DNA of 64,000 nucleotides. It comes from Gammaproteobacteria bacterium (lineage in GTDB: Bacteria > Pseudomonadota > Gammaproteobacteria > Eutrophobiales > Eutrophobiaceae). Below the pieces are notes generated by a model. The model was not told the origin of the DNA, searched no databases, and saw only the letters and a list, made by a program, of their open reading frames with translations. The stretch covers positions 283,031 to 347,030 of the forward strand of contig OZ244890.1 in NCBI GenBank assembly GCA_965221455.1. Direction: 5' to 3'. This document shows positions 24,932-35,600 of this stretch, in pieces; the stretch's first letter is position 1; each line of letters starts with the position of its first letter. The translations under genes and the position numbers were made by a program.

Positions 24932-27144
24932 AACAACCCGGGATAAAACAACCGGGTACGTTCATCCTCTATAGCGGGCTTTTTCTGTTCGCCTGTATGC
25001 TGACCTCATTACTGATGATGAGTGATGCGCTGAGGGATTCATCACAGTTTGGTCAACTGTATTCCGGGTTATTAATTTTCACCACTCTGGGTCTTTTTGC
25101 ATTAGTAACGCTCATTTTCCTGAATTTAAAACATCTCATTCACCAACACCGTGAGCGTATTCCCGGCACACGAATGATTGTAAGAATGATCGCTATGCTT
25201 ACCGCATTATCGGTCACACCTGTATTCGTTGTTTATCTTTTCTCAATAGATTTTTTACATAGAGGTATTGACAGTTGGTTTGATCTACGCATTGAACAAG
25301 CGCTGGATGACTCGCTCAAGTTAAGTCGACTTTCTCTTGATATCCGTATGCGAGAGTTATTAAAACAAACAGAACAAATGGCGGAAGAAATCTCCGAAAT
25401 ATCAGATGCCGAAATACCTTTCGAAATTGATGAGTTGCGGTCACGAACGAATGCCAAAGCAGTCACACTGCTCAATCGAAATGGTGGTATTATTACCTCA
25501 AGTTCCGAAGACACCACGAGCGTTATTCCTGATAGACCGGGTAATGCCATTATACTGCAACTTCAACAGGGCGGCAGCTACACAGGTCTTGATAATACGA
25601 TTAGTACAGGTCTGCAAATCCGCGTCGTTGTAAACGTTCCCGACACAGGTTTGAACAATAATTCCAGAATTATTCAAGCGCTGTACCCTATCTCTGACGA
25701 AGTAAACAATTTAACAAACAGTATCCAGACTTCTTATATCAAATACACCGAGCTTTCATATCTGCGCGAACAGCTTAAACTGAGTTTTGTCCTGATCCTG
25801 ACACTAGTTCTCTTATTCAGCATTTTCGCCACAGTCTGGACTGCTTTTTATTTTTCTAAAAAACATGTCGCCCCCATAAGAGATATGGCAGAAGGCACTC
25901 GTGCTATCGCCGAAGGTGATTATCACACGCAAATACCGGTCACAAGTAATGATGAACTTGGATTTCTGGTGGCTTCGTTTAATGAAATGACACAGAAAAT
26001 CGCCCAGGCACGTGATGCTGCCAGTCGCAGTCAAACTGAGGCGGAAACCCAGCAAGCTTATCTTGAAGCCGTACTTGGCAGACTTTCTTCGGGTGTATTG
26101 GTATTTGATCAAAATAAAATATTGCGTACATCGAATCTTAGTGCGGGACAAATACTTGGCATGCCCATCAATTCTCTGACCGGCGAATCTATAAATAAAA
26201 TTTGTCTACAATACAACTATCTTGAGCCTTTACGTGAAACCATCCAGAAGTATGACAACACGGTTCAGGATTGGCGCGAACAAATCACGCTTTTCGGGAA
26301 TCGCGGACGACAGATTCTAATGTGTAGTGGGACAACCTATTCGTTAACGAAGAATGAGGACGAAAGTTACATCATCGTCTTTGATGACATCACGGAACTG
26401 ATTCAGGGGCAAAAGAATGCAGCATGGAGTGAAATGGCACGCAGACTCGCACATGAAATTAAAAACCCCTTAACACCGATACAACTTGCCACTGAACGAT
26501 TGCGCCATAAATATCTGCACAGTATGGATCCATCAGATGCAAATATTCTTGACCGCCTGACAAATACCATTGTGCAACAAGTGGACACCATGAAGGATAT
26601 GGTCAATACCTTCTCGGACTATGCAAGGACTTCCGAGATAAAAGTACAGGCGATGGATATCAATGTATTAATTAACGAAGTCATGGATCTTTTTACCAGC
26701 CTGGACCAGAAAGTCGAGATCAAAATGGATCTTGAACCCGACTTACCCCTGGTCAATGCCGATGTCGGCAGACTGAGACAGGTATTTAATAACTTACTGA
26801 AAAATGCATTCGACGCCTGCGAAAACAATCACGACTCAGTATTAAATATCGCATCTCAACGCATTTCCAGGGCGGGCACTGAATATGTGGAAATACTCAT
26901 AAAAGATTCCGGAAATGGAATAGAAAGCGATATCATGGCACATATCTTCGAACCCTACGTGACCACCAAAACAAAAGGCACAGGGCTTGGGCTTGCCATC
27001 GTAAAGAGAATTGTTGAAGAACATAACGGTGTCGTCTGGCTCGAAAACAACCATGACAATCCAGGTGTAAGTGTGATAATCAGACTACCCATCATACAGG
27101 AAGAAAATAAACGCCTGAATAATGAAACTGGAATGACTTCATGA
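24913..27144 (+). CDS. ntrY: NtrY-type sensor histidine kinase (TM-HAMP-PAS-HisKA-HATPase)
   Basis: The 743-aa ORF has N-terminal TM helices. Its H-box is RRLAHEIKNPLTPIQLATERL, as in NtrY. The N/G boxes are NLLKNAFDA ... DSGNGIESDI ... GTGLGLAIVKRIVEEH. Confidence 0.8.
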   Translation: MDDTTMKQPGIKQPGTFILYSGLFLFACMLTSLLMMSDALRDSSQFGQLYSGLLIFTTLGLFALVTLIFLNLKHLIHQHRERIPGTRMIVRMIAMLTALSVTPVFVVYLFSIDFLHRGIDSWFDLRIEQALDDSLKLSRLSLDIRMRELLKQTEQMAEEISEISDAEIPFEIDELRSRTNAKAVTLLNRNGGIITSSSEDTTSVIPDRPGNAIILQLQQGGSYTGLDNTISTGLQIRVVVNVPDTGLNNNSRIIQALYPISDEVNNLTNSIQTSYIKYTELSYLREQLKLSFVLILTLVLLFSIFATVWTAFYFSKKHVAPIRDMAEGTRAIAEGDYHTQIPVTSNDELGFLVASFNEMTQKIAQARDAASRSQTEAETQQAYLEAVLGRLSSGVLVFDQNKILRTSNLSAGQILGMPINSLTGESINKICLQYNYLEPLRETIQKYDNTVQDWREQITLFGNRGRQILMCSGTTYSLTKNEDESYIIVFDDITELIQGQKNAAWSEMARRLAHEIKNPLTPIQLATERLRHKYLHSMDPSDANILDRLTNTIVQQVDTMKDMVNTFSDYARTSEIKVQAMDINVLINEVMDLFTSLDQKVEIKMDLEPDLPLVNADVGRLRQVFNNLLKNAFDACENNHDSVLNIASQRISRAGTEYVEILIKDSGNGIESDIMAHIFEPYVTTKTKGTGLGLAIVKRIVEEHNGVVWLENNHDNPGVSVIIRLPIIQEENKRLNNETGMTS

Positions 27145-28511
27145 TAACTGGAAAAATTCTGATAGTGGATGATGAACCGGATATCAGAAATCTGATTAAG
27201 GAAATACTTGAGGATGAGGCTTTTGAAGTTGCAGTCGCAGAAGATGCAACTCAAGCAAACAACATTCGTGAAGAGTTCGGTCCGAATCTAATTTTGCTTG
27301 ACATCTGGATGCCAGGTATCGACGGTATTACCCTGCTCAAGCAATGGAATGAGTCGGATCAGATGGATATCCCCGTGGTCATGATCTCGGGTCATGGTAC
27401 GGTTGAAACCGCCGTCGAAGCGACCCGCCTCGGTGCTTACGACTTTATAGAGAAGCCGCCTTCTCTCGCCAAATTAATATTAACGGTCAAACATGCCCTG
27501 GAAAAAACATCTCTACAAAAGGAAAATGTACGCCTTAAAGGATATATCCAACAAACCGATACACCGATTGGTAAAAGCAGGGTCATGCAGAATCTAAGAG
27601 AACAAATTTTGCAGATCGTCGACCACAACACACCAATCCTAATCAGTGGAGAATCAGGTACAGATAAAGAACTTTTCGCACGTTTTCTACACAATCAAAG
27701 TGCCAGATCTGAAAAAGCATTTATCAGTGTTGGTATCTCGGCTTTATCAGCAGATAATTTTCTCATGGAGTTTTTTGGCAGTGGGGAGCCGGATAAAGAC
27801 AGAACCGGTTTTTTTGAACAAGCGGATGGTGGCACCTTATTTCTCAAGGATATTGCTGATATGGATCCATTGCTACAGGCCAAGCTGCAAAATACATTGG
27901 ACAATCAATATTTTACACGCGTCGGCAATACCCGGTCACAGACGTTTGATATACATATTGTTGCAGCGACCAGTCGTAACATCATTGAACTTGTGGATAA
28001 AGGACTATTCAGGGATGACCTTTATTATCAACTTAACGTCCTGCCTGTTTATATCCCGGCACTGCGCGAGCACGCCGAAGACATCCCGGAATTACTGGAA
28101 TTTTATGTTAATTACTTCGCAGAAAGAGAAGGCCTGTCTTACCGTCACTTTAGTGTGGCCGCACAAAATTATTTGCGCAACTATCCATGGCCGGGGAATA
28201 TCAGGGAGTTAAAAAATTTGGTGCAAAGGTTGCTTATCCTCGGCAAGGAAGAAAATATTGAGATTAAAGAACTGGAGTTGACAAGAGAAAAAATAATGAC
28301 ATCAGCCGAAGAACAAAGTTTTATACCCAATTTTGACATGCCGTTACGTGCAGCAAGAGAACAATTCGAAAAAGAATATTTACAACACAAACTTAACCTT
28401 GCAGGAGGTAGTGTCAGTAAAGTCGCGGAAGCCGTTGGTATGGAAAGGACACATTTATACCGCAAATTAAAATCACTCGGAATCCTGATCAAAAATCAGG
28501 ATCCAAAATAA
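27141..28511 (+). CDS. ntrX: NtrX-type sigma-54 family response regulator (REC-AAA+-HTH)
   Basis: The 456-aa ORF has a REC domain, KILIVDDEPDIRNL...LLDIWMPGIDG, and an AAA+ core ending in an HTH, VSKVAEAVGMERTHLYRKLK. The Walker A reads GESGTDKE, not GESGTGKE, and there is no GAFTGA motif. Confidence 0.85.
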   Translation: MITGKILIVDDEPDIRNLIKEILEDEAFEVAVAEDATQANNIREEFGPNLILLDIWMPGIDGITLLKQWNESDQMDIPVVMISGHGTVETAVEATRLGAYDFIEKPPSLAKLILTVKHALEKTSLQKENVRLKGYIQQTDTPIGKSRVMQNLREQILQIVDHNTPILISGESGTDKELFARFLHNQSARSEKAFISVGISALSADNFLMEFFGSGEPDKDRTGFFEQADGGTLFLKDIADMDPLLQAKLQNTLDNQYFTRVGNTRSQTFDIHIVAATSRNIIELVDKGLFRDDLYYQLNVLPVYIPALREHAEDIPELLEFYVNYFAEREGLSYRHFSVAAQNYLRNYPWPGNIRELKNLVQRLLILGKEENIEIKELELTREKIMTSAEEQSFIPNFDMPLRAAREQFEKEYLQHKLNLAGGSVSKVAEAVGMERTHLYRKLKSLGILIKNQDPK

Positions 28512-28646
28512 ATTGGGCGATGCGAGAAGTCCGGCTATAGTGCGCCGAGCTTGTGTAATTGAGGTATCTTGAATCATCAAGCATTTATATAGGCTGAACA
28601 TACAACTCAAAACCGGAATAATGACCACTACTACAGAAATCGAACA

Positions 28647-30020
28647 ATGAAAATTATCATCCTGGGTGCAGGTCAGGTCGGAGCCTCTGTAGCGGAAAAT
28701 CTTGCTAATGAGGCGAATGATATTACTGTGGTTGACACAAACCCTGCGTGCCTCAGCAATCTGAGTGAAAAATATGATCTGGGGACAGTCCTCGGTATCG
28801 CATCACACCCTTCCGTGCTGGAACAGGCTGGTGCAGAAGATGCTGATATGATACTTGCAGTAACCAATAGTGATGAAACCAATATGATCGCTTGCCAGGT
28901 TGCCTACACCCTATTCCACACGCCCACGAAAATTGCGCGTGTCAGAGAGCCGGAATACCTGGCGAAGACCGCTTTATTTGCGCAAGAGGCACTACCCATA
29001 GACGTACTCATCAGTCCTGAGCAATTAGTGACTGAACATATTGAACGCCTGATAAGTTATCCACGCGCACTACAAGTTCTGGAATTCGCCGGTGGCAAAA
29101 TACACATGGTCGCTGTACGTGTCAGTTACAGCGGCGCCCTGGTTGGACATCAAGCAAGAGATGTTGGCAAATATTTACCGGAACTTGATTATCGGATAGT
29201 CATCCTGTTTCGACATGGTGAACCGGTTATCCCGGATGGAAAAACCGTCATAGAACCCAATGACGAACTTTTTTTCATTGGCTCACCAAAACATATGCAC
29301 GCCCTGTTGCAAAGTCTACGTAGCACAAGGAGGCAAACCAAACGCATCATACTCGCGGGCGGCGGCAACATTGGCATGCGTTTGGCCATGAAACTGGAAC
29401 GACATTTCCAGGTGAAACTGATAGAGATAGATTTACAACGTGCACAATACGCCGCCGAACAACTGCAGGGCACCATCGTGTCACATGGTGATGCAACAAA
29501 TGAAGAACTGCTGGTTGAGGAAAATATTGATGACACTGATATCTTCTGTGCACTAACCAATGCAGATGAAGCAAATATTCTCTCATCCATGCTGGCAAAG
29601 CGGCTTGGTACACGCCGGGTGATGGCGTTAATCAATCGAGCCGGTTATGTTGATCTAATACAGAATAATGTGATCGATATCGCCATCTCCCCCCAACAGG
29701 CAACAATAGGCACGCTATTGGCCCACATCAGAAAAGGTGATGTAGTTGCCGTGCATTCCTTACGCAGAGGAGCTGCTGAAGCTATAGAAGCGATTGCTCA
29801 CGGTAACAAAGATTCGTCCAGAGTTGTCGGTCGATCAATTGAGGAAATTGCCTTACCTGCCGGGACGAGTATCGGCGCACTGGTTCGTGAAGAAAGGGTT
29901 CTGCTTGCGCATCATGATACTGTCATTGAAGCTGAAGATCATGTCATATTGCTGGTGGCAGACAAGCAACAGGTACCTGAAGTTGAACGTTTGTTTCAGG
30001 TGGGTATCACTTTTATATAA
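28647..30020 (+). CDS. trkA: Trk system potassium uptake protein TrkA
   Basis: The 457-aa ORF has two NAD-binding GxGxxG regions, MKIIILGAGQVGASVAENL and IILAGGGNIGMRLA. Confidence 0.93.
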   Translation: MKIIILGAGQVGASVAENLANEANDITVVDTNPACLSNLSEKYDLGTVLGIASHPSVLEQAGAEDADMILAVTNSDETNMIACQVAYTLFHTPTKIARVREPEYLAKTALFAQEALPIDVLISPEQLVTEHIERLISYPRALQVLEFAGGKIHMVAVRVSYSGALVGHQARDVGKYLPELDYRIVILFRHGEPVIPDGKTVIEPNDELFFIGSPKHMHALLQSLRSTRRQTKRIILAGGGNIGMRLAMKLERHFQVKLIEIDLQRAQYAAEQLQGTIVSHGDATNEELLVEENIDDTDIFCALTNADEANILSSMLAKRLGTRRVMALINRAGYVDLIQNNVIDIAISPQQATIGTLLAHIRKGDVVAVHSLRRGAAEAIEAIAHGNKDSSRVVGRSIEEIALPAGTSIGALVREERVLLAHHDTVIEAEDHVILLVADKQQVPEVERLFQVGITFI

Positions 30021-30038
30021 TTTTTCGACCAACGCACT

Positions 30039-31490
30039 ATGCAGTATGCAGTCGCTCAACGAATACTTGGAATTTTACTCAGTCTGTTTAGTCTGACCTT
30101 GTTGCCGCCCGTCATAATTGCCTGGTGGAGTCATGACGACAGTGTACAAGGGTTTCTCTCTGCATTTATTCTCATCATTATCATCGGTATATCCCTCTGG
30201 TTTCCTGTCCGAAATATTCGCAATGAATTAAAACTCAGAGACGGTTTTATTGTCGTTGTATTGTTCTGGCTAGGTCTGGGGCTCACCGGCGCAATTCCCT
30301 TTATTTTATCAGAAACGCCTCATTTAACTTTTACCGATGCAGTCTTCGAATCCCTGTCCGGCCTAACCACCACCGGCGCCACGATCCTGACCGATATTGA
30401 TGATCTTCCAAAATCGATATTATTTTACCGTCAGGAATTACAATGGTTAGGTGGCATGGGCATTATTGTTCTTGCCGTTGCCGTATTACCCATACTGGGC
30501 GTTGGTGGTATGCAGTTGTACCGGGCGGAAACACCTGGTCCAATGAAAGATTCAAAATTAACACCGAGAATCACAGAGACAGCAAAGGCACTCTGGTATA
30601 TTTATCTTGGTCTGACCATTGTCTGCTGTTTACTTTACTGGGCGGCGGGCATGACTTTTTTTGATGCCATCAGTCATAGTTTTTCAACAGTATCTATCGG
30701 CGGATTCTCCACGCATGATCAGAGTATTGGTTATTACAACAGTGTCTGGATCCAGACAATAGCCATTCTTTTTATGCTGCTTTCAGGGATCAATTTCACC
30801 TTGCATTTTTTCGCATGGCGCAACCAAAGCATCCGACCCTACTGGCATGATACCGAGCTTAGGGCTTACCTCGGCATTTTAGGATCTATTTGTCTGGTCT
30901 CCTGTATCTACATGTTGGTAAAAACCGATTATGCGGATACATCAACAATGCTCATGGAAGCACTCTTTCAATCCATATCAATTGCAACCACAACAGGCTT
31001 CACAACGACACAATATCAAAACTGGCCGAGCTTTTTGCCCATGTTATTGCTTTTCGCGAGCTTTCTCGGTGCCTGCGCGGGTTCCACCGGAGGAGGTATA
31101 AAAGTCGTTCGGATATTACTGCTTTTCAAACAGGGCATGAGAGAGATCAAACGATTGATACATCCCAATGCCATATTTGTCATCAAACTAAATAACAAGC
31201 CCGTTCAGGAACGCGTGATTAATGCGATATGGGGTTTCTTTGCAGCCTATATCTTCGTATTCATATTCCTGCAACTGATCTTGATGTCCACAGGTCTTGA
31301 TGCAATCACCGCTTTTTCCGCGATGGCCGCGTGTATGAACAATATGGGACCGGGACTGGGGGGGGTCAGCGCAAATTATGGCAACATTAATGACGTCGCA
31401 AAATGGGTACTCTGCATCGCCATGCTCATGGGGCGGCTGGAAATATTTACACTGCTCGTATTATTCTCCCCGATCTTCTGGCGTAGATAA
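30039..31490 (+). CDS. trkH: Trk system potassium uptake protein TrkH
   Basis: The 483-aa polytopic membrane protein has the selectivity-like TTTGAT and TTTGFTT motifs. Confidence 0.9.
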   Translation: MQYAVAQRILGILLSLFSLTLLPPVIIAWWSHDDSVQGFLSAFILIIIIGISLWFPVRNIRNELKLRDGFIVVVLFWLGLGLTGAIPFILSETPHLTFTDAVFESLSGLTTTGATILTDIDDLPKSILFYRQELQWLGGMGIIVLAVAVLPILGVGGMQLYRAETPGPMKDSKLTPRITETAKALWYIYLGLTIVCCLLYWAAGMTFFDAISHSFSTVSIGGFSTHDQSIGYYNSVWIQTIAILFMLLSGINFTLHFFAWRNQSIRPYWHDTELRAYLGILGSICLVSCIYMLVKTDYADTSTMLMEALFQSISIATTTGFTTTQYQNWPSFLPMLLLFASFLGACAGSTGGGIKVVRILLLFKQGMREIKRLIHPNAIFVIKLNNKPVQERVINAIWGFFAAYIFVFIFLQLILMSTGLDAITAFSAMAACMNNMGPGLGGVSANYGNINDVAKWVLCIAMLMGRLEIFTLLVLFSPIFWRR

Positions 31491-32107
31491 TGTCTGCAAG
31501 CGATAAAGATAAATGGGACAAGATTTATCAAGCAAGGCAACAAGCATCAGAAAAAAAAGACTTGTCGCCCGCATACATACTCCGTGAATTTCATCATCTA
31601 CTCCCCGATCAAGGTGCAGCCCTGGATCTTGCCTGTGGACTCGGTGCAAACGCCCTGTTTCTGGCACGACACAATTTACACACTCGTGCGTGGGATATCT
31701 CATCAATCGCCATTGAAAGTTTAAATCAATCCGCGAAATCGCTAAAACTTGAAATTAATACAGAAGTGAGAGACATCATTACCCGTCCACCCGATGAAAA
31801 ATCTTTTGACGTCATTGTCATCAGCCATTTTCTGGAACCCGGGATCATGCCGAATATTATCTCGGCACTGCGTGACAGAGGACTACTTTTCTACCAAACA
31901 TTCACCCAGGCACGCATAGACGATAGCGGCCCGAGTAACAGGAAATACCGCCTAAGCAGAAATGAATTGCTGCACTTATGCGCAGGATTGGATATTGTTG
32001 TTTATAGAGAAGAAGACATTATTGGTGATACATCATCGGGTTTTCGAAATCAGGCACTCTGTATCGGCCAACGTAACATGAGGACAGACTCACCCGGTGA
32101 GCAATGA
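31490..32107 (+). CDS. Class I SAM-dependent methyltransferase, TehB/TPMT-like
   Basis: The 205-aa ORF contains ALDLACGLGANALFLARH (motif I) and FDVIVISHFL (motif II). Confidence 0.65.
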   Translation: MSASDKDKWDKIYQARQQASEKKDLSPAYILREFHHLLPDQGAALDLACGLGANALFLARHNLHTRAWDISSIAIESLNQSAKSLKLEINTEVRDIITRPPDEKSFDVIVISHFLEPGIMPNIISALRDRGLLFYQTFTQARIDDSGPSNRKYRLSRNELLHLCAGLDIVVYREEDIIGDTSSGFRNQALCIGQRNMRTDSPGEQ

Positions 32108-32411
32108 AATCATAAATAACCTGCACGCAATGTTGAAACAAGGCAAGGATAACGCCCTGTTGCGTTTCAGTTTAGGTAACGAATACCTCAAGTCAGAAGA
32201 ATATGAAACGGCCATTGAACATCTGCATCACGCATTAAAACAGGATCCGGACTACTCCGCCGCCTGGAAACTCTATGGCAAGGCATTGATCGGCGCTGAT
32301 AAAAATCTTGAGGCTATCGCCGCCTATAAACTGGGCATTGAGAAAGCAGAAAAAAAAGGCGATATCCAGGCCGCCAAAGAAATGAAAATCTTTCTTAAAC
32401 GATTATTGTGA
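32097..32411 (+). CDS. Small tetratricopeptide-repeat protein
   Basis: The 104-aa ORF has a TPR-like helical repeat pattern, ALLRFSLGNEYLKSEEYETAIEHLHHALKQDPDYSAAWKLYGKAL. It overlaps the previous gene by 11 nt. Confidence 0.55.
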   Translation: MSNEIINNLHAMLKQGKDNALLRFSLGNEYLKSEEYETAIEHLHHALKQDPDYSAAWKLYGKALIGADKNLEAIAAYKLGIEKAEKKGDIQAAKEMKIFLKRLL

Positions 32412-32666
32412 ACGTCCGCTCTCAATGCCGGCAGTACATTCACAATAACGTGTATATCGTGGACAGATAGCAGCGCAGCGCGTGTCCTTGATGCTGCATT
32501 GCCGACACGCCTGCCGACAGCAGGTCTGACCTGAACGGCAATGACCTGGTTCACACTCGGCGACGGTCGTCGCAACGGGCGAGCCATCTCGTCATCCGTA
32601 ACAGTCATGGTTACGGCAGAGGATGCGCCAGCCACCCATGAAAACAAACTTCTATCTATTGACCCA

Positions 32667-35600
32667 CTACCGCAAGAGTGCCTCGATATTCGTCCTTACC
32701 TCATTGAACGATGGATTGCCCGGAATGGTATCGAGCAGGCCCACCGTGTCGCGAATACCAAACAGATAGCGGCCCAGCAAGAGTCCGTCACTCTGGTTAG
32801 GATCACCACCGCTGCCATCCACGTCAAGACGACCGCTGGCGAAAGCTCCCGCAATATTCGTCGTGACCGCATTGAACGAGGGACTCCCCGGAATCGTATC
32901 AAGCAAGCCCGCCGCATCACGAATACCAAACAGGTAGCGGCCCAGCAAGAGTCCGTCACTCTGGTTAGGATCACCACCGCTGCCATCGACATCAAGACTC
33001 ACCGCCGCCATCTCCGTCACCGTCACCGTTACGGTGGCCGCCGTGACGGTACGATAGTTGGTGTCGGTACTGGTCACCGTATGCGTGAGTTGCACGGTCT
33101 CGTCGTCTGTATCAGCGTCTTCCACTCCCGTCACGGTGATGGTTTTGGCGGTATTCCAGTCGGTGGTGCCAAACATCAGTGAGGTGGGACTCACCGTCAC
33201 AGCAGCGGCATTGGATTGGGTCACGCTAATCGTCACTGCTTCCGTCGGTGGGGTATTCAAGCGCAGCGTATACATGCCGGTACCTCCACGTTCATGGACT
33301 GTCAGCGTCGTGGAACTCACAGCCACGCCCGGCGTGTCGTTATCATTCAAGGTCACAGCGACGGGATCTATCGTCACGCCACTGGCATAGTCGGCATCTG
33401 TGCTTGTCGCCGTATGCGTGAGTTGCACGGTCTCGTGGTCTGTATCCGTATCCTCAACACCACTCACGGTCACCGTTTGGGCACTGTTCCAGTTGTCTGT
33501 GGTAAACGTCAGTGAGGTGGCACTGAGGGTCACTGCAGTGGTATCGGGATTGGTCACCATAATCGTCACCGGTACGGTCGGTCGCTTGGTCAACGCCAGT
33601 GTATAGGTGCCACTGCCAGCTTCGTCGACCGCCAGCGTGGTCGGACTCACGGTCACGCCCGCCGTCTCATCATCATCCACCGTCACCGCCACCGCACTTA
33701 TCGTCACGGTACCCCCATTGTAGCCAGGGTCGGTACTGGTCGCCGTATGCGTGAGTTGCACGGTCTCGTCGTTCGCATCCGTGTCCTCAACACCACTCAC
33801 GGTCACCGTCTGGACACTGTTCCAGTTGTCTGTGGTAAAGGTCAGTGAGGTGGCACTGAGTGTCACCGCCGTGTCATCGGGATTGCTCACGCTAATCGTC
33901 ACCGGCGCCGTCGGTAGGGTAGACAGGCTTAAACCATACTCGCCGGTCTCACCCTCATTGACCGCCAGCACGTTCAGACTCACGGTCACGCCCGCCGTGT
34001 CGTTATCCGTGACATTCACGGTCACGGCGGGCGGGGTCAGCGCGGCATAGGTCGCATCGCTGCTGCGCACCGCATGGGTCAGTTGCACGCTCTCGTGGTT
34101 CGTATCAGCGTCCTCAATAGCCATTACCGTCACCCTCTGCGGCATATTCCAGTTGCTCGTGCTAAAGTCCAGGCTGGACGGGGTCGCCGGACTCACCGTC
34201 GCCACATCGGCATTGAACGTTTGCGGCAGAATGCTCACGGTCGCCGATGGTCGGCTACCCAGTCGGATGGTATAGGTCGCCGTGAGTCCCTCAGTCACAG
34301 TCAACGTGGTCGGACTCAGCGTAACACCCACCATATCGTTATCTGTTATGGTGATGGCTGGACCGGGAAACACAACCGAGTCGTAAGCTCCGTCGCCGCT
34401 GCCGACATCCGGAAAATTCAGCACCACCGTCTCATCATCTACATCGTCATCCTCAACAGCGGTCACCGTTACCGTCTGCGGGATGTTCCATTGGCGGGTG
34501 GTAAAGGTCAGGCTGATCGGACTCACGGTCGCAGCATTTCTATTGCTGCTTCCTATAGAGAAAATTTCCACCGACCCTGTCGGTTCAGTCGCCAACCTTA
34601 CCGTAAACCCGACAGTCTCGCCCTCATTGAGCACCAGCGCGGGCGGACTCACGACGATACCCGCCGCGCCGTTATCCGTGACACTCACGGTCACGGCGAG
34701 CGGCGTCACCCCGGCATAGCCCGTATCAGCGCTGCTCAGCGCATGACTCAGTTGCACGCTTTCGCTGGTCGTATTCGCGTCCTCAACAGCCGTCACGGTC
34801 ACGGTTTGGGCGGCATTCCAATTGACTGTGGTAAAGGTCAGTGGTGAGGTCACGGTCACCGCAGCATTGTCACTGGTCACGCTAATCGTGACCGCGTGCG
34901 TCGGTAGGGTATTCAAGCGCAGCGTATACTCGCCGGTCCCGCCTTCAAAGACCGCCAGCGTGGTCGTACTCATGGTCACGCCCGGCGCGTCGTTATCCGT
35001 GACATTCACGGTCACAGGGGGCGAGTTCACCCCGGCATAGCGCGTATCGCTGCTGCTCAGCGCATGGCTCAGTTGCACACCGCTCTCGCTGGTCCTGTTA
35101 TTGTCCTCGGCACCCATCACCGTCACCGTCTGCGCCTGGTTCCAGTTATTCCTGGTAAAGGTCAGCGACGCAGTGGCGGTGACGGCGGGATTGTCACTGC
35201 TCACGCTAATCGTGACCGCGTGCGTCGGTAGGGTATTCAGGCGCAGCGTATACTCGTTGGTCTCGCCCTCATTGACCGCCAGCGTGGTCGTACTCACAAT
35301 CACGTTGGCATCGTTATCCGCGACATTCACGGTCACGGGGGGCGGCGTCAGCGCAGCATAGTTCGCATCACCGCCGCTCACCGTATGGGTCAGTTGTACG
35401 CCGCGTTCGTTGGTCGCATTCGCGTCCGCAGCACCCGTCACGCTCACGGTTTGGGCGGCATTCCAGTTGATTGTGCTAAAGGTCAGGGTCGCTGGGCTCA
35501 CGGTCACCGCAGCATTGTCACTGCTCACGGCAATCGTCACCGCCACCGTCGGTCGGCTGCCCAGCACCAGCCCATAGCCGGTGCTGCTGCCCTCGGTCAC

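Noticed and set aside
29189-29635. 148-aa minus-strand ORF inside trkA
   Set aside because: It is antisense to a well-supported trkA frame.
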